From Antedon mediterranea (lineage: Eukaryota; Animalia; Echinodermata), in the NCBI RefSeq assembly GCF_964355755.1, contig NC_092673.1:23991648-24055647 (forward strand): 64,000 nucleotides of DNA, written 5' to 3'. The notes under the pieces were generated by a model, which ran no database searches, was not told where the DNA came from, and worked only from the letters and a program-made list of their open reading frames with translations. A program made the position numbers and the translations under genes. Below, piece by piece: positions 1 through 13,644 of the stretch. Each line of letters starts with the position of its first letter. Position 1 is the first letter of the stretch.

Positions 1-698
1 AAATGTTTGCAGATCAACCAAAAGGTTTATTGGATTCAGAAAAAAAAAATTAAATCAGAACCAATTACATCAGATCCAATTACATAACAAATTATTGACA
101 TAACAATAACAGTATTTGTTTGTTGATAATATAGTATTGTATGTCTGAGTATAATTGAAGACAAAGATTACTGTACATGGTCTGAAGACAATTCATCTAG
201 ATTACGTGAGTATCAACACGGTATCTGATCAATCTCTGACGTACAACGACAGAACAAACAGGACAAAAACATGTTTTATATTCTTTAATTATTTCCTAAT
301 TAACGTCAGCTGTACTTAGAAGTGTTATCCTAAACAAGAGTAGGAAGGATTAACATATTAAAGAATTATGTATCGGCCAATCAAATTGCTTAACAAGCGG
401 AGGACATTTTAGTTTGCAGTTGGTAACAAAACTGGATACAATGTTAATTATACAAATTAAGAGGAACAGTTTGCGACTGAAAAAATAAAAGGAATTATGC
501 AATAATATGTACAGTAGAAATTGTAATAGTATAATTAATAATTAAAATATATATTATAGATTTGTTCTGAAATGTTTCACTTGAATAGAGAATTGTATTG
601 TATACAATGTTATTTACAGTATATACAATTATATTATTATTTTTACGTAATACGTAATAACAAACAAAATTGTAGAATGATCTAGAATTGAAACTTAC

Positions 699-3301
699 GG
701 CAAAATGCTCGGGCATAACCCTGAGCATGTCGAACACAACAGCGTCAAACGTCTTCAGACGTGGAAGAGTCCAGCGGATGTCCACCTTATCTTGACCATT
801 TGGCTAAAAATTAAGTAGATTTTCAAATTGAAATTAAACTTCATTTATTAAATATATTATTATTAAATTCTTCAAGTGAGGTATCAGATTAAAATATTTG
901 CCAATGACAATTACTATATTAATTAATACTTAATATTATTAAAAAATACAGTAAGTACTAATACTATACAATTATAATGTTATTTATATGCTTTTATCAG
1001 CCGAGTGTACCCAACCTGTAGAAATACAAGAAGATTTGGAATACCTCATTGTGAAATTAATAATTACTGTATAAAAGGAAATAATAAAACCAAAACATCT
1101 TGAATAAGTTACTTTAACAATTAAAAAGAATTTTATGAAATTATTTCATAATTATTTGTATTATGAAAATATGATCCTCATTTTCATCAAAGTTTAATTT
1201 AAAAACTGTTTCAAACATCACAAAACTTAATTAAACTTACCTTAAAATAAAATACTACAGTAAAACATTACCAAAATAAGCGCATAACCACACTACACAA
1301 ACATGTGTACACTACTGTACAATATGCTCGGGTCAATTTAAGTCCGGTTTCCCGTGCTATGATCACAAACGCTTTGCCGGAAGAGTTCAATCTATAGCAT
1401 CTACCACATGAATCATCGACACTTTCAGCTTGCCAACAACAGACCAACAAACCATCTGACTCGCACTCAAAAATGTGATTAGACAAAATTATTTCACACT
1501 CATAATTCTACCAAGGGTCCTTATGCTAATTAGTTCAATCATAATCGACACGCATGAGTGAATGTACACTAATCATTTGTCATCAGCTTTTGACATATGT
1601 CAATAGACTACCAATGTAAAACAATTATTAATACTGTACTTTTTTTATTTATAATCAGGTGTACATTTGCTACTCAATTATGTTTATTACCTTTCTGTGA
1701 ACTTGCATTGCATATTGCACAATTAAACCTATATTATTATTAATTAATTAGTGTGTTACTGATGGTAACACATGAATTAATTTTTAAAACTGTACCCGAA
1801 ATATATCCCAATTTATTGTACAGTAGCCTATTACTAGAGCCCCAGCGTATTATATTACTGTAGACTTGAAATGAAGTTTTATTATTTGATAAAAAGATAA
1901 ATTCAATTTGTGTAACTGGTACAGTATTGTTGTAAGCAAAACAAAAATTGTTTCCAAATTTATTATTATTGTCGTTATATTCAACTAGAAAATCAATCAA
2001 TTGGCACACTGAAATGTAGAAGAGTACACAAACCAAAAGTGGTGTTGGTAGTCTATGAGTGCCGGATAAACCTGGATAAACTAATAATAGCCTCTATCCT
2101 AAAGAGAGGAAAAAAATTTGGCAATCAAGAAAACACAAGAGCAATCCTGTTGGAATGGTTTCATCTATGAACCACACCCTCTATCCTCTCATACCATTAT
2201 TTCTATCTGGAAAATGTATATTTTTAAATGCTCAACATTTTTTTCCTTTATTTAATTTTAATTCTGAAACTTTCTGAAAAACACTCTTGGGAGACTATCT
2301 TACATAATATTGTTCTATTAATATCAATGGCAATAATAAATCAATTATTACAGTATTTCATGTTGAAAACTAGACACAGTGTACTGCACTATTTATATTA
2401 CCCACCTCCTTATATAAGGTGTTGGATTTCATAAGAAGTGACCTTGTAATTCTTGCAACCTAATATTTCGGTCACCTACTTACCACTGCTAAATGCCGAA
2501 TTTAAGTTGTGGAATTTAACCAGGCCTATTTCTACTGCATACCATTTATTTGGAAATAGATAGATAGCATTCATAACACTCATAAATAATATACCTAAAG
2601 GCAAGACTGATGTAGATGAGGAAGTAAAGATGTGCTTCTCACTCTTATATTTAACCATTTTTTTTTTTAATTTTTCCGGAAAAGTAAAAAACTAGCTGCT
2701 GATAGTATATACCCTTTTATCGATGGTGCCTCAAGTAACTGTACAAATTACTACTGTAAACAATATCTGTCGTCACTTACACCAAATGTGGCTGGCAAAG
2801 ATTTTGAAGCTAAAGTACATTGTACAGTTTAGTTCTATTCTAGTAAAAATAACAGAAAGCTGCAAATTGTATAATCAATGCCAAATCTCAAACTCAACAA
2901 AAAACCTTAAAACCAACATTTGTAAAACATTTTTTTTAAATTTTCAAAATCATACAAATAAATTAAAAAATTACTATAAAAAAAAAATTACAATTCGATG
3001 CTGTTTTGTGTTCTGCATTCCATAGAAAAAACTGTGTCAACTCAGATGCGTTGATTTTACAATTTGCTTCCCAATGTCTTCATTAATTTTTTGACTGAAC
3101 ACTATTCACTTCACCTTTCGTCAGATAAGAAAATCTAACAGTGTGAGTCTATACATAAAAAAAAAACCCATTTAAGACTAAGAGTACATACCCCTTTGAT
3201 AGTCATGTTCTTAAACAAGGCTAGATCTGTTAAATCATCAGACACCAGGTCCTCTTCTGAGCTATTCTGTTTCAGGGGTTTATGAGGATGAGTCATGGCA
3301 C
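699..3301 (-). CDS. RALGPS1: RalGPS (Ras-specific guanine nucleotide-releasing factor RalGPS1/2 orthologue), 5' partial; gene continues beyond the left edge
   Basis: Minus-strand exons 3301-3192 (ttttctag acceptor, ATG at 3296, MTHPHKPLKQNSSEEDLVSDDLTDLALFKNMTIKG, gtatgt donor) and 803-699 (tttttag acceptor, gtaagt donor) join in phase 0. The second encodes PNGQDKVDIRWTLPRLKTFDAVVFDMLRVMPEHFA, matching the start of the RalGPS RasGEF domain as recalled (KSYDAVVFDVLKVTPEEFA in human RALGPS1). Paralog 1 vs 2 cannot be resolved. Confidence 0.85.
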
Positions 3302-4134
3302 CTAGAAAACAAAAAAAATTAATTTAAAATAAAGAAATTTAAAAAATTCAATCTTGAAGCTAAACGTCATCAGCGGTAAATCTACTGAAATAAAACAAGT
3401 GGGTATTAAAGTACCATACCTGTAACAAGTACTGTATGCTTTTACACTCATAGTGTATGACTGAAGTTGGTTCGGAATGGTTCAATTCAACAGTAACTTG
3501 GCAATTTTGCGAATTGGTTTGTATACAATTTAAAAAACAAACTACATTGTGTCACTCATATAAAGGAATTTGGGGGACAATGTCACCAGAGTACAGTACA
3601 ACAATGGTCTAAATAATAACATTGAATTGTCATTGTTTTCATAATAAACAAATGTTGAATGACTTTACATTACAATACAATAGGTGCATAATTTTGCTAG
3701 AACACCACTATATTTAGGATTACTAATTCTTCAGGAATTTTATATTTTTTCAATGTTTCTTTACAGTTGTTAAAACCGGACACACAATGGCAGGATACAG
3801 AACTGTTACGATCATATGCGCATGTTGAGGCTTTCCAATTCTGCTAAATTTGAAAGAAAAGTTTTTCCACCAATTTAAAATTTACTTTGTGTAACAAGAA
3901 CATTGAACTCTGACATTATAGAGTACTTATAGAATATCATATACCCACAATCCTCCAACAATCAAATGAGAAGAATCTATTCAGGTGTGTTATCGTATAA
4001 TTGATTATTGATTGATTATTGAAATGAAGAGTTCCAGGCATACTTCAAATGTTTGAACAACTTACAGATTACAGTTTAGTTTTAATTTTCTGTGCTGATG
4101 AAAATTGAAGACTATTATATAGTTTTATGCTTAA

Positions 4135-4760
4135 AGACCCCTTCCCTGCAATTTTGGACGTTTTTTGGAAAATAATACATATATATCACTTTAAAAACAT
4201 TAAACCATGTCACTCCTTGTCTTAAATGTACGTTTTATAGTAAATTATGATAAAAAGTGAGAAACAATGCACTACCTAAGTAGCTCGCGGCGATCGACCT
4301 CTCGTGGACGGTCTTAGGCCTAGCCTAGCTATGCTTAGTTTTGTAGGCCTAGCTGGTAAACATCGATAACGTACGAACATCGTACGCTAGCTATATACCT
4401 AGCCTGACGTTGTATAGTTGCTGCATTAATTGTCTTTCTATTTTTGCCAGACTCCGTTGATACAATTTGGGGAAAACCCGGTATTTTCGCTGAAAAGTTA
4501 GGAGTCTTCCATTTGTTTTGGCTTCACGATCGATCGGAAAGTGGGCGAATTACAGGTGAAAAACAAAAATATCAATCCGCGCGCAATGCATTTTGGGATT
4601 TATAGCGGGCCGCTATAATTATTAGAATCGATTTATTTTTCACATTTTTAACCGTTTAAAGACAAAAAAAGTTATGGCAATAGGACCATATAGTATTATT
4701 TTTACATTAAATATAGTTTGTGATCTTAAATTAGATCTAAAAAACGTAGGGAATGGGGCT
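4135..4760. mobile_element. Non-autonomous TIR element with TTAA target site (Kolobok/T2-like), copy 1
   Basis: TTAA|AGACCCCTTCCCT ... AGGGAATGGGGCT|TTAA. A near-identical second copy lies at 12612-13243. Confidence 0.8.
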
Positions 4761-4824
4761 TTAATTATTCGAGTCCATAAATAAGAGCGGCATTTTGGTG
4801 AAGTATAGTATATTTATTATCATT

Positions 4825-5030
4825 GATCTGGTGGTAGAAGAAGTCTTCTCAGATAAGGACTAAAACTGTAGGTCCAGTGTACACATCTGGCTAATGTGCA
4901 CTTTAAAGAACCTAGTATATCTGTTGAGACAAGTAGGGGGTTCAGTGTACTAGTTCACACAGCAACTCTTCTTGATTGTCAGATGGGGACCCTCTACAGT
5001 ATAAATAAGTTAAATAAAAATAAATAAAAT
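4825..5030 (+). mobile_element. SINE fragment with Deu/Nin-domain-like core
   Basis: gtcttctcagataaggactaaaactgtaggtcc...gtgcactttaaagaacc...gtagggg resembles the Deu/Nin SINE central domain as recalled. It is followed by an A-rich (AAAT-like) tail. Confidence 0.45.
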
Positions 5031-5054
5031 TGTATTTTGATAACAGTAAAAAAA

Positions 5055-5370
5055 TTATTATTTTAGCATGATTATAATATCCTGGATTTAGATAGCGCCT
5101 AATGTTGTGAAACCTCTAACCGTTGAACATTATTACCCCAGTCATTTTGGATCAAACATGTATGGAAACACACCCCCATAATGCAGCTAGTAATCAGCGC
5201 AAGGTTGTTTCTTGATCTAACCAGGTTCCCATTTATACACCTGGGTGGAGAGAGGCAAACGTAAGTAAAGTATCTTGCCTAAGGATACAAGCAATGCGGC
5301 GAGAGTTGGATTTGAACCTCCATCTCACGATCAGTAGTCAAACATCCAACACACTGCTCCACATGCCCTC
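5055..5370 (-). mobile_element. tRNA-derived CORE-type SINE
   Basis: The minus strand has an A-box-like TGGAGCAGTG and a B box GGTTCAAATCC. These are followed by a CORE-like tgtatccttaggcaagatacttt...gcctctctccacccaggtgtataaatggg and an L2-like gcgctatc..aaat tail. Confidence 0.7.
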
Positions 5371-6477
5371 ACTTAAATTATTCCTGAAACCAGTTTTTAT
5401 TCCCATACTGTATTATTGATAATACAAAAACATGCTTCATATTCATACACCATATCAATATTTATTGTGACACTACAGAACAACTCAAGTCTCAATCATT
5501 TTTCATTAGCTGGCCATATGTTAACAATTGAAATCTTTTGTCACAGGAATTTAAAACAAAACACATTGAAAATATAAAATGTCATTGCCATTAATCAGAG
5601 AATAAAACAGATGAGATTTTAAGCATAAAATCGTGCATGTCCAATGACTTATGATTGGCTAGACTTTTTGTAGACAAACATAATAGGATTAACATGGAAA
5701 ATATTAGATGCATTGTAAACTTTATAACATTTGTAGTAATTTTTTGGTAAAACAAATGTACATTTAAGTAAGGCATTCTAACGGTACATTTGAAATTAAT
5801 ATTATTGGGTGCCAATCCTAAATTTAATCCATCCATCAACAATAACTCATGGAGAAATTACAGTGGGTCATGTTTACTGTTCAGAAAGATCTCAATAAAT
5901 TAAAGATCATCAACAAAAAATTAATAAACTTATTATAAAATTTGAGGAAAATGAAGAACTTTGATTTTGAACTTCATATGGACAGTACTCTCTTCTAGCG
6001 CGATATTTTACAAATATTTTGATTTTTTGTTGAGACATAATTTGCTAGATTTGAACTTGAGGCCCTTATGATCCAAAATTGCAAAGATTGGTTTAATTTA
6101 ATTTCATTATTTATTCGGTCTATTTCAATACAATATATATTTAAAAAACTGAAATTGGGGAGACTAGGTCAATCTAAGTGAACTTAATCACTGTAGCGGA
6201 GCCGGTTGAACCTGCTCTCATTATATTCACTTCATTTGCAAAAATACTAGTACAGTAGGTTCGCCATTGAGCACACAAACAACCATATTTTTAAAGTTAT
6301 AAGTAAATTAAGAGAACATTTTTCATTAACAAAAATATACTAAAAAAAAAATGTATATTGTATAATGTACTATACAGTACACTGTACAATTGAAGTATCT
6401 GAAAGAAAAAAAAAACCAATTCAATTTCTCATGGACGAAATAAAACAATCCTTCCTTGCTTAAGAATCCATACTTAC

Positions 6478-6618
6478 CATTTGATTTTGAAGGACGCAGA
6501 AGTGACAATATCTTTCGAACAGCATAACGAGCCGGGTAAAACAACGGCGACGAAAGCATTATGTCCAAGCTCAGAATGTTCAATGAATTATAATTATATC
6601 TTCTTCGATGGCATGAAC
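6478..6618 (-). CDS. Candidate upstream/alternative exon of RalGPS
   Basis: tttctatag acceptor at 6619-6620 and G|gtaagt donor at 6477. The 141-nt frame is open (ATG at 6559, MLSSPLFYPARYAVRKILSLLRPSKSN-G) and its phase-1 end splices in frame onto exon 3301. No homology support. Confidence 0.45.
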
Positions 6619-6845
6619 CTATAGAAAGCACCGCATACATACAGCAATAAACAACTTCTTGCAGATTTATTATACTTGGCGAAAAGTATTACATATTTTT
6701 AATGTTGATATTTTAATGCTGATATTTCATGCGAAGGGTTACAGATTTGCTGCACATGGAATATGAACTTTCACATTATAATTTTTTTTTTTATTCTGTC
6801 CGTAATTCACTGTGTAAAAAAAAAAGTACTCAATATTCCGTGATT

Positions 6846-7083
6846 TATGTTTTGACTGTATTATTCTATTTCATGTACTGTGCAAAAAAACCAATATAAA
6901 TCCTGATGTTGCTCAATTTTTCTTTCAATGCACGGTAAAGAATTTCTTCTCCAATTCTTCTGCTGTATGTTTTGACTGTATTATTCTACTGTACTGTACT
7001 GTACTTAAAAAACCCAATATAAATCTAGATTTTCTTAATTTCTCTCAAGGCACGGTACAAAATGTCTTCTCCAATTCTTCTGT
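6846..7083. repeat. Diverged tandem duplication, ~120-bp period
   Basis: tgttttgactgtattattcta...ccaatataaatc...gcacggta...cttctccaattcttctg occurs twice, 120 bp apart. Confidence 0.8.
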
Positions 7084-8855
7084 GTAAAAAATGGCAAAAC
7101 AATTTAAGATCCAACGAGTCGATATTATATACTTGAAATGTCTTCTGCAATTCTGCTCTGTAAACTTGTAACACTAGACAAATAAAATTTGCTGCACACA
7201 ATCTTTTCTGGCGTTGTATAAAAATTTAACAGAAAAAAAACCAAACTGTAGTATTCACTGATATCCTCTTAATTTAGCTTTGAATGTTGTACAGTATTTC
7301 TTCTGACTGCGACAATGGAAATTACAAATTTACCTAACAACTTTGTCTAACATCCGTTACAAATTGTATTGAAATAACATAGAGCCTTTAGCGAAATACA
7401 CAACTGCAAATAACAGACTAAACTAAGTGTAAAATGGAAGTGGATTAGTGAGTAATTTTGTTCAATGTCTTCTAATTATTGTATTTATAAATAGTATACA
7501 GAATTAGTCATCAAGAAAAGGTCCTAAAAAAACTGCACCTCTGACGTAGCTCATGTTAGTTATCACACTGCTGGTCAATGCCACATGGAATTTCCAAAGT
7601 GCCTTGATGGTCCACCAGAAATTCTTTAATACATTGTGATGGAATCTTTAAAGATTAGGAATAATTAAATTGTGCCGTATTTACACTTTGGATGCAAATT
7701 TGTTGTCCGATGTTGTTTGTGATTAAATTCAACTCCCTCATTAAACTACTGCTTCTAATGTACCGAGACTATGTAGTAAAATACGGTAGGAAAGAAATCC
7801 ATAAAACTGCTTTGTGTAACCAAATAAAATTCAGCTGTATACAATTTGACATATTAATTGTAGACAAAAATAATTCAGTAATGTCAGCCAATCCCTGAAC
7901 TTGTCTCAAAATCCTTTAGAATGGCTGCTTTATCAAAACCTCAAAATCCTAAAACAGTAAAATCCATACTGTATGCAAAGAGAACGTCTTACTCAGTCTT
8001 ATTGTTATTCACTGTACCCACTGAAACAATTTATAAGCTAAACCAAGTAACCACTATTAAAAAAAATACATCCCAAGTCAAACACAAACACTGGTCACTT
8101 GGTGTCTATTCCACAGTGGTGCTTTATTTGTTTCTGAAGTACAATTCACAATAGAACAGTAATGGTTTGTTACACAGAAAAATAAAATATTTTTCCAGGA
8201 CACTTCAGAAGCAAAGAAACCACAATAGGAAATGTATTCCAAAGCATCCAGACACAAATAAGATGATCTATAAAGAGTTCTTCTGTAATAATATCGACTC
8301 ACTCTGACGATAGACACTATAACATCTGTAATATGCTAAAAGACAACCATGTACCTCAGGCGTGCTCACGATGTGTACTGTATTGCTCAATGTTAAATAA
8401 TGAAGTTTGTGTTCAACGCCAAAGCAAAGTTGAAGAAAGGAGCAAGCCAATGGTGGATGGTTGCTTTGTTTGTTTCCAAAGTACAATTCCTTTTCAATGA
8501 TAAAATGACAAAAGAACTATAATCAATAAACAAACTATTTAGCCCTTTGTTATCTGTCTGTGAACTTACTATTACTATTAAGGAAGTTGATTACATAATA
8601 CAAGGCAACAGCTGATGTAAGTTTGTTCATTCACAGAGACATGTCAATATCTCTATGGTTAAATTCATTCCAAATTCTACCCACACATGTTCAGTAAACA
8701 ATAAGTGCAGCCCCCATGATTTTGAAATAAAAAAGAAAGAGGAGGGGAATTTCAATTGTTTAAAAATGATCAAATGAATTGCTGATCTTAAACTAATGTT
8801 CTATCTTTTGCATTGTCAATTTTGAAATTTAGGGACACATAACCACCTATATGTT

Positions 8856-9052
8856 AGGCCAATTTATACAAACGAGCGTTAACGGTAATACAGTACAAAT
8901 ATAGAATCTATATTATTTCTTATTACCATTTACACACAACATGGAGCAGACAAGCGGTTACCGCCCACGAGATAGATACAGATTCTACTGTACGTGGGAA
9001 AAGCTATGTGGTTTTCCGCTTATTGTCATCACTCGTCTGTGTAAATTGGCCT
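8856..9052. mobile_element. ~190-bp MITE (Harbinger/Tourist-like GGCCAATTTACAC termini)
   Basis: TIR aggccaatttatacaaacgag / ctcgtctgtgtaaattggcct. An inverted related copy lies at 42197-42382. Confidence 0.65.
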
Positions 9053-9664
9053 TTTAAATTTTAAACTATTGTGCCATGTAGGTATGAGCACAATATTGTA
9101 TATCATGTCATAATCATTCAATTAATCAACATGAGGTAGACTCACGCTTTAACCTAGATCATTTATCGTGATCTAATCAACACATAAATCATTACCATTC
9201 ATTATTCACAGTTTAATGAGAGTTAATTACTGTAAATGTTATTGAATTGGCCATAGGTTTACAACAGTATAGACAAAATAATTACACAAAAAAATGCATT
9301 TAATATTTAATCTTCTTTACAATCACAACCACCACCATCCCTCCCACACATGACATAAAATAACCTTGCTTGTTTGTTAATATTTGATTTGATTTACAGT
9401 AAGAAAATAAATGAATTCACAAAAATAATGTCATACACTACATACAAATGCTAAGGATTGTCTAAAACAAATTGAATTACTGCTAGAGATTATTTTTTAA
9501 TAAAGAAAATTATAGAAAATTTAACAAAATTCATAGAATTTTTAAAACACTAAACAATTTCATTAATATTAAAGCACTGGGATAAACAGTAAGGCCGAAA
9601 ACTTTGTTTCTATAGTATCGTTCGTCAATGCCAAGAATACAAAAATGATATTATCACTAGTTAG

Positions 9665-9990
9665 TATCAAACTAGTTTGACAAAAAAAGTGTGATGTACC
9701 AAAATATTGTAGTGATATGCAGGGAATAATTTCGCCAGTGTAGCATAGCAAAAAGCTATACAAAACAACCTTTTTGCTACACATTTCTACAATTGTGTAG
9801 CAAAAAATACAATACAAAACTATGTTTCTTTACCAAAAAATCAGTTTGATTGCTAAACAAAATTTTCAAATGAAATTTTTCCCTGATATGCCCAAACATG
9901 TTAGTGATGCCCAAATTATGTTAGTGATATGACATCATCATGTCTATATATGGGAATATCACATTTTTTGTCACATAAAGTTTGATGTTA
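9665..9990. mobile_element. AGCTCTGTCTACAC-family MITE (truncated ends), interrupted by a nested 166-bp element
   Basis: Family interior tatcaaactagtttgacaaaaaaagtgtgatg...gtcacataaagtttgat, split at 9720-9885. Confidence 0.75.
9720..9885. mobile_element. 166-bp MITE with CAGGG termini and 5-bp TSD (superfamily unassigned)
   Basis: TIR CAGGGAATAATTTC / GAAATTTTTCCCTG (13/14 match). ATATG is duplicated at 9715-9719 and 9886-9890. Removing the insert restores the host MITE sequence agtgatatgcccaaa. Confidence 0.75.
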
Positions 9991-10394
9991 GAGCTAATAC
10001 ACAGTAAACCAAATTGTAAACATGTGTAGACAGATTATAAATGTGAGTGACTAACAAGCTACAGTAAGCTAACCGCTAAAGGTAGGCATGTCCCACACTA
10101 TAAGTAGTGTACAAAAGTATTAATTAGTTATTTAAAGTGGCACTCTCAAGATTAAATTACTACTACAGTACTGTACAATTACCAACAGCATCCTAGTTTT
10201 CAACTCTTTTAATTAAAAGTTCTGTATAACGGCAACAATCAAATCCATTTTTGATAAGAGAATTCCTAGAAAAACTCATTGAATTTTACAAGACCCTACC
10301 CATTTTATGGCACTATGTTTTTAAGTTCTTGGGACTGGCAGACACTATAGGTCCATCAGATTCCGTAATAGCTACAATTCAAGTTAGTTTCTAA

Positions 10395-10583
10395 AGCTCT
10401 GCCTACAGTTTAAGTTACTAACACTATCAAACATACATTATGTGACAAAAAAGTGTGATGCACCCAAAATATGGTGTAGTGATATAATATGCTTAAATAT
10501 GGTAGTGATATGACATCATTGTGTACATATATGGGCACATCACATTTTTTTGTCACGTAAAGTTTGATAGTGTAGACAGAGCT
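10395..10583. mobile_element. AGCTCTGTCTACACTATCAAAC-family MITE (Harbinger/Tourist-like)
   Basis: TIR agctctg..acactatcaaac / gtttgatagtgtagacagagct with TAA/TTA flanks. About ten copies of the family occur in the window. Confidence 0.8.
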
Positions 10584-11077
10584 TTACAGTAGCTTTGAAA
10601 ACAATAGAAACTAAGCTAGTACAGTACAACATTTGCAGTGTACAGTCAGTACACTAATAATTGTAAATTAATGCTAGTAGAGTGTGTGCCTTAAAGGTTT
10701 TTGGTTGAATTACTAATGATGATGATCAACGTATTGTTTTCTAGGTAGAATACATTGAAATTCCATCTTCATATTACTTGGATCTTAAATCTTGAATAAT
10801 TTTGATTCTTATGCAGTAATTAAGTAGTCAATGACCGAATTTACTATTAGGATTGCATTCATACATAATGCTGGATTGCACTTGTATTCAACAGCCCACA
10901 TGAACTTGTGACTACTTCATTGGCAGCATTCATTGTATTTTCACCAAAGTTTAATAATGCAAAAACATTGGAATGGATCCAGGGGCGTGGAAAATCATGT
11001 CAATATTTACATAAAAAAATTAAAAATCAAAAGAAAAAGAATATACAACTTTAATTCAATTATAAAACAAACCAAAG

Positions 11078-11586
11078 CTTCGGATTATATTGGGAACTAA
11101 GTACGACACATATCTTAACGCACTTAAAAGTACTAATCTTCAGACGCTTGATACGAGAAGAATTAAATTATGTTAAGAATTTGCACATCGATGCGTCTGT
11201 TCCAATTCCTTCAAAGAGTGGTTTCCTATTAATTCTCGTTCTCACAGTATGCTCCTTAGAAAATCCAACGAATTTCTGATCCCTCGTGCTCGAACTGAAA
11301 GATATGCCAAAGGTGCTATACCATTTCTCGCCAAACTCCTCAATGACAAATGATTCTTGTTTTATTGGTCGTCATGTGCAATTTCTCCTCGCGTGTTTGT
11401 GTTTTTGCAAATTTTCAATTTTGTATATTTTTTATAGATTCTTGAATTTTGCACCTTTATATTTTTATATATTGTAAATTTTTAGATTTTTGTCCTTTTG
11501 ATGTGTACATTATCCTGTTAATATTGTTTTAATTCAGCCTTGTGCTGCGATTATGATATATTGAATAAATAAATAAATAAATAAAA
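11078..11586 (+). mobile_element. 5'-truncated CR1-group (CR1/L2/Rex-like) LINE 3' end
   Basis: 11081-11353 translates as RIILGTKYDTYLNALKSTNLQTLDTRRIKLC*EFAH...LIPRARTERYAKGAIPFLAKLLNDK*, an ORF2 C-terminus with a premature stop at 11174. A 3' UTR and (AAAT)n tail follow. Confidence 0.75.
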
Positions 11587-12611
11587 CCTTTAAAAAATAA
11601 CAGTTTTATGTTTATAATACATCACAATAAGTTCAATTTCATATCTCTAATCAAACCGGACTACAGTAGATCTAAAGAAAGGTTATACCACAAAATCACT
11701 TCCATAACAAACATCGACTGTCATTGACAAACCAACAACAGAGGGTTGTCATTACACCCTAAGGCAGGCGTGGTTATGTTAACATGATCATGAAAACTCT
11801 AAACAGTTTATAATATTATAATAATTGACATTAAATATGTTATTTGATGTTAGTACTTGTTATTCCCAGTAAACTTAATTACTATACCGACAAACAAAAA
11901 AAGTAATATGGAAAAAATTAACTAAAAATTGACTAAACATTAAAATAAACGTAAAAAATAAAATGTTATGAATTGAGAAAAATGAAATGATAATCAAGAA
12001 ATATATTTAAAGTATAATTATTAAACAGAAAAATGTTAACACAAACTATAAACAAATACTTACTTATTGATTGTAATTCATTGTGCTTGTAAACGCTGTT
12101 TAATTAAAGTCAGATATTGCAATACACATCACAACACATTGCTAACGAGGAGGCAGATCGCATTATGGTTGACTCGGTTTAGACATCATTTTGGATTCAA
12201 TCTCAATGCTTCAAAAATTGCAAGCTTCAAAAAAATAAATTGTTATGCAATTTCACAGTAGAATTGTTAGTTTAAATGTTCTGGTTTTTCCTCTTTATTA
12301 AATGTATGTACGTAGTAAATGTTGTTACTGTGTATTAGTTTAAACTAACTATTTTACTTACATTACAATAATACTTTAATTTACCAGCTTCCGTTTCTGT
12401 TCAACATATTTTCCTAGAATTTGTTATGTACTAGTATAGTGTCTAGAAGGGGAGCAATTTTCCAAAGAAATTAAAACCATATTCTACAAATTTTTTTTAT
12501 TCTAACATTAATTTTATCTCTTTTTAGTAGTAGGTTCTGGGTTTCTCATATTATCCCTTATTTTATTAACTTGCCAAATAATAATTATTAGAAATAAAAT
12601 AAAACATTTAA

Positions 12612-13243
12612 AGACACCTACTGTACAATTTGTGACATTTTGTAAAAATAATACATATTAATATTACTTTAAAAACATTAAACCAGGTCATTCCTTGTCC
12701 TAAATATACGTTTTATTGTAAATTATGACAAAAAGTGAGAAACAATGCACTACCTAAGTAGCTTGCGGCAAATGACCTCTCGTGGACGGTCTTTAGGCCT
12801 AGCCTAGCTAGGCTTAGTTTTGTAGGCCTAGCTGGTAAACATTGGTAAAGTACGAACATTGTACGCTAGCTATATACCTAGCCTGACGTTGTAAAATTGC
12901 TGCATTAAGTGTCTTTCTATTTTTGCCAGACTCCGTTGATACAAATTGGGGAAAAACCGGTATTTTCGCTGAAAAGTTAAGGATAGATAGATAGAAATAT
13001 AGATAGATAGAAATATAGATAGATCGAAAAGTGGGTGAATTACAGATGAAAAACAATCAGTGCGTAATGCATTTTGGGATTTATAGCGGGCCGCTATAAT
13101 TATTAGAATCGACTTATTTTTCACATTTTTAAAACCGTTTAAAGACGAAAAAAGTTATCGCAATAGGATCATATAGTATTATTTTTACATTAAATATAGT
13201 TTGTGATCTTAAATTAGATCTAAAAAACGTAGGGAAGGGGTAT
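12612..13243. mobile_element. Non-autonomous TIR element with TTAA target site (Kolobok/T2-like), copy 2
   Basis: Same orientation as 4135-4760 and aligns along its length. TTAA on both flanks. An internal segment is replaced by a (GATA)n-type microsatellite at ~12983-13023. Confidence 0.8.
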
Positions 13244-13644
13244 TTAAAAAAATCATACGTTAATTAAAAGTAATATTAAATTCTTATTAAGTAGCCTCTC
13301 TCTAGACAAAACTTATCAAACTGACTAAGAAAGTGTTACATGATAACAGTAACAATTAATTCTCCGTCGTTTAAACGGGAGCTACGAAATAACACTACTA
13401 GGCCTAGGCCTGGGTGCGACTGCTAATATTTCATTTGTTAGATTGCTATCCATCCCGCTGTGCTATGTTTATTGTGCATGCATGTGCCTTCTTTTTTGTT
13501 GTGGGGCTTGACGCTAGGCCTAGCCTATCTGGGTAGGTAGGCTATCCGGCTTGTGATGTAAACAAACCTTGAGTTATACAATGGTACAAGTAAAATACAA
13601 GTTTATCAAAAACATGAATTACTATTCTATGTAAATGTACTTAC

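Noticed and set aside
2476-2658. 60-aa minus-strand ORF ending at a GTAAGT donor as a RalGPS coding exon
   Set aside because: Its phase-1 end is incompatible with the phase-0 exon at 803, and there is no recognisable homology.
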